In this document: one piece after another, positions 1-10,400 of the stretch
Layout: each line of letters starts with the position of its first letter
How positions within the stretch are numbered: position 1 is the first letter of the stretch
From: a virus
Lineage: Duplodnaviria; Caudoviricetes
Reading direction: 5' to 3' (one strand)
Length of the DNA: 31,945 nucleotides
Virus record (IMG/VR): IMGVR_UViG_3300016665_000287
Location: 1-31,945 of that record
Notes under the pieces: model-generated
Databases searched by the model: none
Seen by the model: only the letters and a program-made list of their open reading frames with translations
Told to the model about the DNA's origin: nothing
Translations under genes and position numbers: made by a program

Positions 1-659
1 CTAAGGCAACATATATACACACATCTTATTTAGATAACTTGGAGAATATAAATGAATCTATCTTAACTCAGATTAAAGATTTAGAGATGAATAATCCTAA
101 GAGATATAATCATATCATAATGGGTAGTTGGTTAGATAAGGCTGAGGGTGTTATATTTAGTAATTGGAGTATAGGTGATTTTAAAATGACTGATAGAGTT
201 ATATATGGATCAGATTTTGGATTTTCAATAGATCCGAGCACTTGTGTCGCTGTTTCATTTGAAGGTAATACTATCTATGTTAAGGAAATTTTTCATAGAC
301 AAAAAATGGTCACAGAAGATTTTATTAATGAATATAAAAAGATTGAAGGAAATCCACTTATAATAGCTGATAGTGCTGAGAGTAGATTAATAGAAGAGAT
401 TAACAAACAAGGTATAAACATAAGAAAAACTTTAAAAAAACCAGGATCTGTTAAAGAAGGAATTTTATTTATGCAAGACTATAATATAATTGTCGATAGA
501 GGAAGTATTAATATAATTAAAGAATTAAATAATTATTCTTGGTCTGATAAAACATCTGGTCAACCAATAGATAAATGGAACCATTGTATTGATTCTATTA
601 GATATGTAGTTCAATATAATAAACAGAATTCAGGTAATGTACCTTTCTATATTGGATAA
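1..659 (+). CDS. terL: Terminase large subunit, C-terminal (nuclease) part; continues in frame from 31396..31945 across the window junction
   Basis: RNase H-like terminase motifs YGSDFGFSIDP, IIADSAE, ELNNYSW, DKWNHCIDSIRY. The frame is open from base 3 (KATYIHTSYLDNLEN) and joins the ORF at the window end. Confidence 0.93.
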   Translation, partial: KATYIHTSYLDNLENINESILTQIKDLEMNNPKRYNHIIMGSWLDKAEGVIFSNWSIGDFKMTDRVIYGSDFGFSIDPSTCVAVSFEGNTIYVKEIFHRQKMVTEDFINEYKKIEGNPLIIADSAESRLIEEINKQGINIRKTLKKPGSVKEGILFMQDYNIIVDRGSINIIKELNNYSWSDKTSGQPIDKWNHCIDSIRYVVQYNKQNSGNVPFYIG

Positions 660-718
660 AAGTGGTTTTAAAAATTAATATATACAAAAAACAAAAAAAT
701 AAAAAATATATTTAGAAT

Positions 719-1321
719 ATGATTAAGATAGAAATTGAAGACAAAGTTTTTAACTTTCCTGAAAATTGGGATGAAGTTAGTTTAGAAAAGTTAATGAAAC
801 TCAACACGGCACAAAAATCTAAATGGTCAAGTGATATAGAAATGAGTTCAAATATAATAAACATATTGAGTGATATACCAACTGATATAGTATTAGATTT
901 ATCATTAGAAGACTTCACACAATTAGCAGATCTAATAACTTGGATCGATAAACTTCCTACTAAAAAAGTAGATCACATAATGATTGATGGTGTGAAGTAT
1001 ATACCAGTAGATTTAACTAATATAACAACTGGTGAGTTTATATCACTTGAAGTTTTTAATAAAGAAAACGCTGATGATAACTTACATTTTATATCAGCAA
1101 TTTTAATCAGACCAGAAGTAAATGGTAGGATAGAAAAATTAAAAGATATGATTGATATACAACAAAGAGCAGTTCTATTTAAAGAAAAATTAATGGTTGG
1201 TGATTTATGGCCGATTGTTGATGGTTTTTTTTATGGCGCCGCTTCATTTTCTTTGAAAAATACGCAGGACTCTTCGGACCAGCCAAAAAGTCAAAGCAAG
1301 TTAAAGATTCTAAATTCTTAA
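719..1321 (+). CDS. Tail assembly chaperone, short (G-like) product
   Basis: 200 aa; FNFPENWDEVSL N-terminus and NITTGEFISLE motif; GGT TTT TTT slippery site near the 3' end with a long open -1 frame. Confidence 0.65.
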   Translation: MIKIEIEDKVFNFPENWDEVSLEKLMKLNTAQKSKWSSDIEMSSNIINILSDIPTDIVLDLSLEDFTQLADLITWIDKLPTKKVDHIMIDGVKYIPVDLTNITTGEFISLEVFNKENADDNLHFISAILIRPEVNGRIEKLKDMIDIQQRAVLFKEKLMVGDLWPIVDGFFYGAASFSLKNTQDSSDQPKSQSKLKILNS

Positions 1322-1533
1322 AAAAGGCACAGAAAGACGAAGCGGCTTCTTTTAATGATGACTGGATATGGCACTCGATGATATATCGAATATGTAAAGA
1401 AATAAACTATAATCCAGACCAAATATACGAACTGAATATAACAGCTTGTTTAGACTGGTTAAGTTTCTTTAAAGAAAAAGATGAATATGAACAAAAACTT
1501 AAAGACGCTCAAAATGGAATTACAAGATACTAA
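719..1533 (+). CDS. Tail assembly chaperone, -1 frameshift fusion (GT-like) product, ~271 aa
   Basis: T8 run at 1225..1232. The -1 frame from 1231 reads LWRRFIFFEKYAGLFG...FNDDWIWHSMIYRIC...LNITACLDWLSFFKEK...TRY* to TAA at 1531..1533 and fills an otherwise unannotated gap. Confidence 0.7.
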
Positions 1534-1547
1534 AAAGAAAATATAAA

Positions 1548-2000
1548 ATGACAAGAGAAGAAAAAATAAAATTAGCTATTGAAAAGGGTTATAGTTGTGA
1601 TCCTAAAACAGGTGATATATTTGGACCAAATGGAAATATATTAAGTAAAAATAATATTAGAGGTCAATATATGAGATTTAATATAGTAGAGAATAAATCA
1701 CATTATGCTATATCATCTCATCAATTTATATTCTATTGGGTTAATAAAAAATGTGTAGAAATGATAGACCATATTGATGGTAATAAATTAAATAACTCAA
1801 TAGATAATTTAAGAGAAAGTAATAATTCTAAAAATCAACAAAATAGAAAAGATGTTAAAGGATATTCTCTTCATCCTAGTGGAAAATATATATCAATAAT
1901 AAATATTGATGGTAAAAATAGACATCTTGGGTATTTTAAAAATAAAGAAGAAGCATCAAAAGCATATTTAGATGCTAAAAAAATATATCACAATATATGA
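1548..2000 (+). CDS. Free-standing HNH homing endonuclease with C-terminal AP2-like DNA-binding domain
   Basis: [20 protein letters not shown] motif; [30 protein letters not shown]2-like motif. Confidence 0.88.
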   Translation: MTREEKIKLAIEKGYSCDPKTGDIFGPNGNILSKNNIRGQYMRFNIVENKSHYAISSHQFIFYWVNKKCVEMIDHIDGNKLNNSIDNLRESNNSKNQQNRKDVKGYSLHPSGKYISIINIDGKNRHLGYFKNKEEASKAYLDAKKIYHNI

Positions 2001-3616
2001 TTCCTGCATCAAATAATATGAAAAACACAGAATGGTGTATAGCGATATTCAAAGACTTCGCAATTCGTTCATATGACCTTCAAGGTAGATTTCAATTCGG
2101 TGGTAATGATGAAATTAATACTATAATGGAACAATTTCCGTATATGTATGTACAAGCCAACGATATAAGAGTTAGTCCAAATGGTGATGGTAAAAGTGGA
2201 TATGCTTCTATGGAGACTACTTTTGAAGTCACAATAGCTGATAAACTTTTATCATCAAAAGATAACGAACTTCAGACCGTAAGTGATAGTCAAGAGATTA
2301 TGTTAGCTCTTATATCAGAACTATCAACACATCCTTATTATGTGGCTAATCAAATGAAAATGGTTGGTGATGCGATCATAACAACCAGATATGAACAAGA
2401 TGATGCGATTGTAAGTAAAGTAACTGCTGAGATCACTTTAAGATATCCGTTTAGATATCAGTATTGTAATCAACCAGTAGAGAATATACCATTTTATCCA
2501 ACGATAACAACAGATATATTTGGATCTGTGACACAATCTATTTGTACATTAATAGAAGGATGTCCAGTAATTTTAACTATTGATAATACTTTAATTGATC
2601 TACAAAATCAGATTGATAATATAGTATTACAGCCAGGACCAACAGGACCAACAGGTCCAGCAGGCGCAACTGGTCAAGATGGTCAACCAGGTCCACAAGG
2701 TAATACAGGACCAGCTGGTGTGACAGGTCAAGATGGTCAACCAGGAGCAACAGGATCAACAGGTGATCCAGGACCACAAGGACCAACTGGGCCAGCAGGT
2801 CAGAATGGTCAGTCATCATCATATTTTACATATCGTGCTAAAACTACTATAACAAGTGGTGATCCTCTATCGACACATATAATTTGGAATAATACTACAC
2901 AAGTATCAGCAACACAAATCAATATATCACATATTACAGACTCAGGTATTGATATAGATATATTCTTAGCATTAATAACAGCTGGTAATGTTTTAATTAT
3001 TCAAGATGAAAGTAACTCAAATAATTTTCAAAAATGGCAAGTAAATGGATCTATTACTATTGTATCAAATTCATATGTTGAAGTACCAGTATCTTTAATA
3101 AGTTCTAGTGGAACTGGAACAACCAACTTCGCTAATAATTTAAAAGTTATACTAGCAATTATAAGTCAAGGTATAACAGGACCACAAGGACCAACTGGAC
3201 CAATTGGTTTATCAGGTGTAACAGGACCAACTGGACCAATCGGACCAATCGGAGCAACGACAAGTATATTTGGAATAAGTATAGATGGAGCTGGAACGGT
3301 AATCACACCAGGTGTTAAAGGATACCTAACAATACCATATAACGGAACAATTACAGGATGGGATATATTTTCAGATCAAAGTGGATCGTGTCAAATAGAT
3401 TTATGGAAAGACACATATGCTAACTTTCCGCCAACCGTAGCCGACACAATTACTGGTTCAGAAAAACCAAGATTAGTGACTCAACAGAGAAATCAAGATA
3501 ATAACTTAACAACTTGGAACACATCTGTTTCAGTGGGTGATATAATCGCATTTAATGTAGATTCAGCAACAACGGTGACAAGAGTGAATGTACATATAAA
3601 AGTAACAAGAAATTAA
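1997..3616 (+). CDS. Virion structural protein: putative tail terminator/neck N-domain fused to collagen-like repeats and a C-terminal fibre/decoration domain
   Basis: N-terminal ~155 aa (FPYMYV...FEVTIADKL...[17 protein letters not shown]) resembles tail-terminator proteins; two Gly-X-Y tracts; C-terminal IDGAG...GTITGW...[14 protein letters not shown] domain. Confidence 0.6.
   Translation: MIPASNNMKNTEWCIAIFKDFAIRSYDLQGRFQFGGNDEINTIMEQFPYMYVQANDIRVSPNGDGKSGYASMETTFEVTIADKLLSSKDNELQTVSDSQEIMLALISELSTHPYYVANQMKMVGDAIITTRYEQDDAIVSKVTAEITLRYPFRYQYCNQPVENIPFYPTITTDIFGSVTQSICTLIEGCPVILTIDNTLIDLQNQIDNIVLQPGPTGPTGPAGATGQDGQPGPQGNTGPAGVTGQDGQPGATGSTGDPGPQGPTGPAGQNGQSSSYFTYRAKTTITSGDPLSTHIIWNNTTQVSATQINISHITDSGIDIDIFLALITAGNVLIIQDESNSNNFQKWQVNGSITIVSNSYVEVPVSLISSSGTGTTNFANNLKVILAIISQGITGPQGPTGPIGLSGVTGPTGPIGPIGATTSIFGISIDGAGTVITPGVKGYLTIPYNGTITGWDIFSDQSGSCQIDLWKDTYANFPPTVADTITGSEKPRLVTQQRNQDNNLTTWNTSVSVGDIIAFNVDSATTVTRVNVHIKVTRN
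2633..2810 (+). repeat. Collagen-like (Gly-X-Y)n coding repeat
   Basis: [38 protein letters not shown]...; a second shorter tract lies at ~3170..3255. Confidence 0.9.
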
Positions 3617-3626
3617 TATATAAGAT

Positions 3627-3794
3627 ATGATAGAAATAGTAGAAATAATTAATTTTGGTGATTGTTTAAGAGTTGTATATAAAAGAATGGGTGAAGATCC
3701 AGAAGAACCTTTTTATATAGATGTAGATTCTGAAAACTATGATTTATTACAAATTATAACAGAAATAAAAAATTATTTAGAAAACAATGCCTAA
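3627..3794 (+). CDS. Small hypothetical protein, 55 aa (not in ORF track)
   Basis: ATG at 3627 follows the TAATATATA motif; MIEIVEIINFGDCLRVVYKRMGEDPEEPFYIDV...ENNA*; fills the gap and overlaps the next start by 8 nt. Confidence 0.7.
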   Translation: MIEIVEIINFGDCLRVVYKRMGEDPEEPFYIDVDSENYDLLQIITEIKNYLENNA

Positions 3795-5643
3795 TAGATT
3801 CTGGGTAGGTGGCACAGCCACTTGGGACAACGTAGCTGGAACAAAATGGTCAGCAACATCAGGAGGAGCCGGTGGAGCATCAGCGCCAACCTCAGCAGAT
3901 GATGTATTTTTTGATGCCAACTCTGGTACTGGAATTGTAACAACAGCATCAACAGCAACTTGTTTAACAGCTAACTTCACTGGATTCACTGGAACTTTTA
4001 ATGCAGCCACAAGTTGGACTATTCAAACATCTTTAACATTTGGAGCTGGTATGACTATTACAGGTAATGGATCAATTTTGAAACAAGGTAATGGAGGTAC
4101 TTGGACATTTAATGGTAGAACTTACACAGGTGGATGGAGTCTACCTTCTGGTGGAGGTTTTTCAACAACAATAGGTGATGATTTAACATTTGTTGGATCT
4201 TTATCTGCGGGAATTAGTGGCAACACATTAACTGCCACATCAGCAAGAGTAATTACAATAGGTGGAAGTTTATCAGGATCAACACAGCTTTCACTTACAA
4301 ACATTTCTTTTGTAATGAATGGTTCCGGAAATATATCTGGCACTTTTTTTAGATCTGCAGGATTAGCTTCACCATCAATTACTATTAATGCACCTGGTGG
4401 AACTATTAATCACAATGCAACTCTCACATTAGCAACTATAAATTTCACTTATACTACAGGAAATTGGAATTCAACAGCTACAATAGTATTCTCAGGATCA
4501 GCCGGAGCAAATGTTGTAAATAATGTATCTACTATAACCTTCGCTTCTATGGCATTCGGAACGAATAATGGTCAAAGTGTTACTTTAAATTCTGATATGT
4601 ATGTGACTGGAGGTTTAGGTAATAGTAATACGAATTCATTTATTAACGGACCTGGCCGTCTCTATGTTGGTGGAAATATAACCCTAACTCAACCGATAGC
4701 AGGAACTGCTATTATTGAAATGTATGGAAGCACTAACTCTACTATATCAGCAGGTACTTTAGTTAATTCTCTTATTATAAATAAAGCCACATCAGGAACA
4801 ACCGTAACACTAAATGGTAACTTAACTTGGGGTGGAAATAATAATCAATTAACATTGACAACTGGAACTTTTGTACCTCAAAACTTCACGGTGACTATTC
4901 CAGGCAGTATCATAGTGACGGTAAATAATATGACCTTTTGGAACTTATCACTTGGGGCAAGTGTGACTATGATTCAAAACGCTGCAAATACTATTCAAAA
5001 CATATTAGGATGTAGTGGTAATACAACCTTTCAAGGAACAAGAGGTTGGACAGCTGGTATATTCTCAGCACAAGTAGGTGGTAGTATATTAACTTTTCAA
5101 AATATAAATGCTAATCCACTATCTGAATATAGAATTACACAAAACTTGACAATAATTGGAACAGCTCTTTCAAGAATAACACTTCAATCAGCTGGTTCAG
5201 CCACATTCACTGGTACAGCAAATGGTACATCTCTTACAAGAGCATCTGGTACAGCACCATCAATAGGTATGGTTGTATCACAGGCAAGTGGTACGGCACC
5301 TACTGGATTCGCAGCTTTATTTCCGAATAGACCTGTGATAAATGGTGGTACAGATCCAAACTTCACTTTGAACCTAAGTGTAACACCTTCAACAGGATCA
5401 ATCTCTATGAGAGCTGGTTATAAGGCTGTTTTTATTCTTGAGAATAATGGAGTGGCAACTCAAAATGTGGCTTATACAACAACACAAGATATAGATTCAA
5501 GTTTAGGACAACCGATACTTTCATTCGCTTCTAATAATGATGATCAGACGACTAACGTATCACTTTATAGAACTATAAACTGGGGATCTCTTGATCCACC
5601 ACCAGTACAAGGTAGAAACTATGCTTCGGTATATGTTTATTAA
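3787..5643 (+). CDS. Tail fibre/spike-like, beta-solenoid-rich putative receptor-binding protein
   Basis: 618 aa, G/T/S/N-rich with almost no charged residues; N-terminal RFWVGGT..W..TSGGAGGASAPTSADDVFFD motif seen in adhesin-like proteins. Confidence 0.6.
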   Translation: MPNRFWVGGTATWDNVAGTKWSATSGGAGGASAPTSADDVFFDANSGTGIVTTASTATCLTANFTGFTGTFNAATSWTIQTSLTFGAGMTITGNGSILKQGNGGTWTFNGRTYTGGWSLPSGGGFSTTIGDDLTFVGSLSAGISGNTLTATSARVITIGGSLSGSTQLSLTNISFVMNGSGNISGTFFRSAGLASPSITINAPGGTINHNATLTLATINFTYTTGNWNSTATIVFSGSAGANVVNNVSTITFASMAFGTNNGQSVTLNSDMYVTGGLGNSNTNSFINGPGRLYVGGNITLTQPIAGTAIIEMYGSTNSTISAGTLVNSLIINKATSGTTVTLNGNLTWGGNNNQLTLTTGTFVPQNFTVTIPGSIIVTVNNMTFWNLSLGASVTMIQNAANTIQNILGCSGNTTFQGTRGWTAGIFSAQVGGSILTFQNINANPLSEYRITQNLTIIGTALSRITLQSAGSATFTGTANGTSLTRASGTAPSIGMVVSQASGTAPTGFAALFPNRPVINGGTDPNFTLNLSVTPSTGSISMRAGYKAVFILENNGVATQNVAYTTTQDIDSSLGQPILSFASNNDDQTTNVSLYRTINWGSLDPPPVQGRNYASVYVY

Positions 5644-5657
5644 AAATAAAAACCGAT

Positions 5658-5987
5658 ATGAGATTAGATAATCTTAAAAGAACTATGCATCAATTTGGTA
5701 GAGAAACCGTAGATCTCATTAAAAGAGATATACAATATAAAAACGCCATCAGAACAGGAAAATTACTTGGATCAATAACATATCAAATATATGAAAGATC
5801 TGGTACTATTGAAGTAGATTTTTTTATGGTCGATTATGGTAAATATGTTGATGAAGGAACGATTTATATTAAAGCAAGAAGATTCTTTAAAGATAACATA
5901 GAAAAGCAATACACAAAATGGCAAGATGACTTCGCTGATGCTCTTTCAAAAGATGCAATGGCTGAGATAGAAAACATTTTAAAATAA
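5658..5987 (+). CDS. Putative tail completion/neck protein (HK97 gp10-like)
   Basis: RTGKLLGSI...YGKYVDEGT...ARRFF pattern. Confidence 0.65.
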   Translation: MRLDNLKRTMHQFGRETVDLIKRDIQYKNAIRTGKLLGSITYQIYERSGTIEVDFFMVDYGKYVDEGTIYIKARRFFKDNIEKQYTKWQDDFADALSKDAMAEIENILK

Positions 5988-6001
5988 AATATATTTAAGA
6001 T

Positions 6002-7447
6002 ATGGCAATAACAATTAATAATACACCAGGCAACTTTGAACCGATTTATACGAGTTCTATTCCTTTTTTAGTGACATCAACTTTTCAAGCAGAGGAGAAC
6101 TTCAAATACTTATTTGATTTATATGTTGATGGTACATTCAAAAACAGAGTGGCACCATATCCAAGACCTGATGGTAAAGGTGTATATTCACCACATTTGG
6201 TATTACAAGCTAATTGTGAGACTGATTTTTTATTCTCAATAAATAATATTGAACCGAATAAACCATCAAGAGCTTCATATTATGTAAGATTAGGTGAACA
6301 ATATAATCCAGGATTAACATTCGCTGACACATTTTTCTCAGGTGGATTTTTAGGATTAACATTTTCAACCGTAATAACTGGTGAGTTTTTTGTAGGTGAT
6401 ATAATTACTATTCAAAAAGATGATATATCTGTAAATCCACAATATAATGGAACAGCGTCTATTACTTCTATACCAAGTAATAGATTAATAGTAACAGATA
6501 AACCTTGGGGTGTTAGTACCGTTTTAGAAACAGGTAGTATAATAAATGTTTCAAGACTATCAGCAACATCAAGCACATATGTAGGTTGGAACGCAGCAAG
6601 ACAGGACGAGGAATATGGTAGAAACTTTGAAAGTGAATATGTGATGGCTTCAAGTACAAATAAGTTTTTATCAGCATATGAGACAGCGTATGATAGTAAC
6701 TTAACTGAAAAACATCCGATATATACAGATGATTGGGCATCATTAGATTTAATGATAGCAACAAATTCATTCGCAACTTGGAGTAATCTATGGGTGACAC
6801 TTGAATATTATGATGCGACAAACACACTATTAGGTACAGATGAAATTAGCGCAGGTGGTGAACCAACAACATTAAGATGGACCGTACCAACTGGAACAAA
6901 AAATATAATTGACATAGGTGGTAATGGTGCCTCTTATTTATCAGCTGGTACTTTAGATCATTATAAAGTGTTTATGAGTTTAGGTGATGGATCACCAGCA
7001 GTTCAAATCTCTGATAAATTTAACTATCAAATAATACCAGATTGTAGACCATATGATGTGATTAGATTAGCCTTTTTAAATAAGTTAGGTGGATTTGATT
7101 ATTGGAACTTTAATCTTGTAAGTAAATATAATTCTAATATAGATAGAACACAAATAAATAGAGCGTTCTTAAAAAATGATAGTAAAAATCTAAAAAGAGG
7201 TAGAGATGTAATCTATTCAAAAGCTGTTGAGAACTGGACAATTAATTCCGATTTCTTATCAGATGATCAAGCTCTTTTCATCAGAGAATTAGTAGAAAGT
7301 TCAGATGTATATCAGATTACTGATTTAATCGCACTACCAGTTGTAATAACAGATAATAACTGGCAGTTTAAATCAGGACTTCTTGATGGATATGTACAAT
7401 ACACCGTCAATTTTATTAGAGCTTATGACACTTACATAAATAGATAA
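6002..7447 (+). CDS. Tail tip structural protein (distal-tail-like)
   Basis: C-terminal CRPY..IRLAFLNKLGGFDYWNF...INSDFL..ELVESSDVY pattern of Bacteroidota siphovirus tail proteins; lies before the large tail protein. Confidence 0.55.
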   Translation: MAITINNTPGNFEPIYTSSIPFLVTSTFQAEENFKYLFDLYVDGTFKNRVAPYPRPDGKGVYSPHLVLQANCETDFLFSINNIEPNKPSRASYYVRLGEQYNPGLTFADTFFSGGFLGLTFSTVITGEFFVGDIITIQKDDISVNPQYNGTASITSIPSNRLIVTDKPWGVSTVLETGSIINVSRLSATSSTYVGWNAARQDEEYGRNFESEYVMASSTNKFLSAYETAYDSNLTEKHPIYTDDWASLDLMIATNSFATWSNLWVTLEYYDATNTLLGTDEISAGGEPTTLRWTVPTGTKNIIDIGGNGASYLSAGTLDHYKVFMSLGDGSPAVQISDKFNYQIIPDCRPYDVIRLAFLNKLGGFDYWNFNLVSKYNSNIDRTQINRAFLKNDSKNLKRGRDVIYSKAVENWTINSDFLSDDQALFIRELVESSDVYQITDLIALPVVITDNNWQFKSGLLDGYVQYTVNFIRAYDTYINR

Positions 7448-7494
7448 AACACTATTTATAGTTTTAATATATAATCAAAATAATAGAAATATAA

Positions 7495-10400
7495 ATGAAT
7501 AAGACACAATTATACATTCAACTACCTGAAACAAATACACAATCATTTAGATTCGGAGATACATACTTAGCATCATCTTATCTTGGATTATTTTTAGGAT
7601 TAGAAATGCCGATAGATGTTACAGGTTTATTAAATGTTGGTGATCAGATTTTTATAGACCAAGATGATAAAACTATAAATACTTGGATAGATGGTCCAGC
7701 AACAATAATTGGTATAACATCATCATCAATATATCCAGCACCAGCAAGTTTAGTATTCACAGACAGACCATTACAAACACCAATAGTTTTTTCAAGTGGT
7801 GAGGCTGGTACATTTTATTTAGGATCACAAATACAAAGTAATTGGACAGAAGTTGATTTAAGTGATAATGTGCCATTTCCGATTACTTTTAACATAGCAG
7901 ATGTTAGAGAAATTAATAATAGAAATGGCGCATATTCTAAAACTATATCTATACCAGGTACGAAGAATAATAATGATGTTTTTAAATATATTTTTGATAT
8001 ACAAGGTGTAGATAATTATGACACAAGAGTTAAAGTTAAATGTAGTTTAGTGATTGATACTATACCAGTTTTAGAAGGATATATTCAATTAGATAGTATA
8101 ACTTGTACAGACAATAAATATTGGGTTTATAATTGTATTATATTTGGTGAGAATGCTAACTTCTCAAAAGAAATAGATCAAAACGCAAGATTAGAAGATT
8201 TAGATTTTAGTGAGTTTAATCACAATCTAACACTTGATACTATCACACAATCTTGGTCAGGCGATTGGAGTAATGGATATTATTATCCACTAATAGACTA
8301 TAATAATGGTAGAGATCCAATAGCTGGGTCATTAACAGGTGGTATATCTCAGAGATTTAGATGGTTCTTAAACTATTTAAAACCATCTATATATGCTAAG
8401 CAATACTGGGATAAGATTTTTCAAACATATGGTTATACTTATGAATCAGAATTTTTAAATAGTGATACTTTTAAAAATCTAATAATACCAACAAATAAAA
8501 AAATTATAGAAAATGATGTTGATTGGAGATTCAACTCATCATTTAAGGCTGGTATTACAAGTATAGCCACTTATGATACACCTACTGGGCAAAATGAAGG
8601 ACCTGGTCCAGGTTCATTTCAATCAAATATGGATAATCCAGCTGTTACTGATAATTTTGTAATGTCTGATTCTGGACAATTTTTCTATGATCCACAAAAT
8701 ATTTTTCAAGATATTTTGGGACCAGGTAATAGTTTTAGATATGTTAACTCATATCAAGGTACTATACCAAAGGAACAAAAAGTTGTATTAAAATTAGATT
8801 ATAAAATAACGCCAATATTCACAAATGGTGCTTCATTAAACTTAAATAATCTATATGGTGCTGGATTTATATTATTTTATAACATATATAAAAACACAAG
8901 TACTTTATTAAAAAGTGAAAAAATACGATTAATAGGTAGTTCAGCATTAGATGGTAATTCATCTCAAAATCAGAAAATTAATTATCTATTGGATAATTAT
9001 GGTGAATTTGAAGACTTGGATCTAAATGTATTTGACAGATCTCAATTTGATTGTGTATTTGATACATCAGTTCTTGGTCAATTAAACTCAGGTGATACAT
9101 TAAAAATTGAAGTGGGTTTAACTATATTTCAAAACTATGATCAATCATATCCGGTTTCATTATCCACACAATTAAGTAATTTTAATAATATTAAGTTTAG
9201 AATAGAATGCTATCCAACTACTGATGGTTCTACAGATGGTACATTATTCTTCAATAGTATAGATCCTGAATTAACAGATGATCAACCACTTAATATAAAT
9301 ACTACAATACCAGGAAATATCAAACAGATTGATTTTGTTAACTCAATCATTAAAATGTTTAATCTATATCTATATCAAGATAAAATTAATCCGAAAAAGA
9401 TTTTTATAGAACCAAGAGATCAATTTTATTATGTAGATCAAACATTAAACTGGTCTGATAAGTTGGATATATCAAAAGAAATCGAACAATCACCTATTGT
9501 AGATAGAAAAAAGAGAGTTTTATTAACTTATAAAGAAGATAAAGATTTCTTTAATAATGATTATAAACAAAAGACAAATGAAGTATATGGCCAATATGAA
9601 TATAATACTGATAATGAAATCGAAACTTCTGATCAAAAAATAGATGTTATATTCTCACCATCACCATTAGTTAATAGAAAAATTAACGACTTCACTTTTG
9701 ATTCTAGAATCATTTATACACAAATCTTAGATCCGAAGCAACCAATTACAAATGATACATTTAATAGAGTAGATTCTAATATAAGAATTTTATATAGAAA
9801 GAAAATTAACCTATCTTCTAATATAAAATTTCAATTAATGAAAAGATATCCATTAACTGCAACACTATTTGATCATTACCCATATGCTGGACATTTAGAT
9901 GATCCATTTGATTCCCAATTAGACTTATGTTTCGGTGAACCAGAGTTTTTATATTATTTTAATAACTATGGTTATACGATAAATAACTTATATAATGAAT
10001 ACTATGATCAATTTTTTGAGGAAATATATGGTGTTGAGAGTAAAACAATTACAGCATATGTATATTTAAATTCACAAGATATTTTAGATTTTGATTATAG
10101 AAAGTTAGTCTATATTGATAGTATATCATCAGGATCACCTGGATACTTCAGAGTTAATAGAATAGAGTACGATCCATTTAATAAACAATCATATAAAGTA
10201 GAGTTAATTAAGGTCTTAAATAATTTTAAATCTAAATATAGACGAATAATTAATATAGAAGATATAGGAGAAGCTCTACCAGAATGGGGAAATGGATTAG
10301 TAACATCAGGTGATAATACTAATAACGGCGATGATAATATAATCGGTGGAGTAGGCAACTCAATATGTGGTAATTTTAGTATTATAATCGGTCAAAATAA

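Noticed and set aside
39-659. TTG start at 39 as an independent 206-aa gene
   Set aside because: The frame is open upstream and continues from the terL N-terminus at the window end.
2633-3255. GGACCAACAGG-type repeats as a CRISPR or DGR repeat
   Set aside because: Explained by collagen Gly-X-Y codons; no spacers and no reverse transcriptase.
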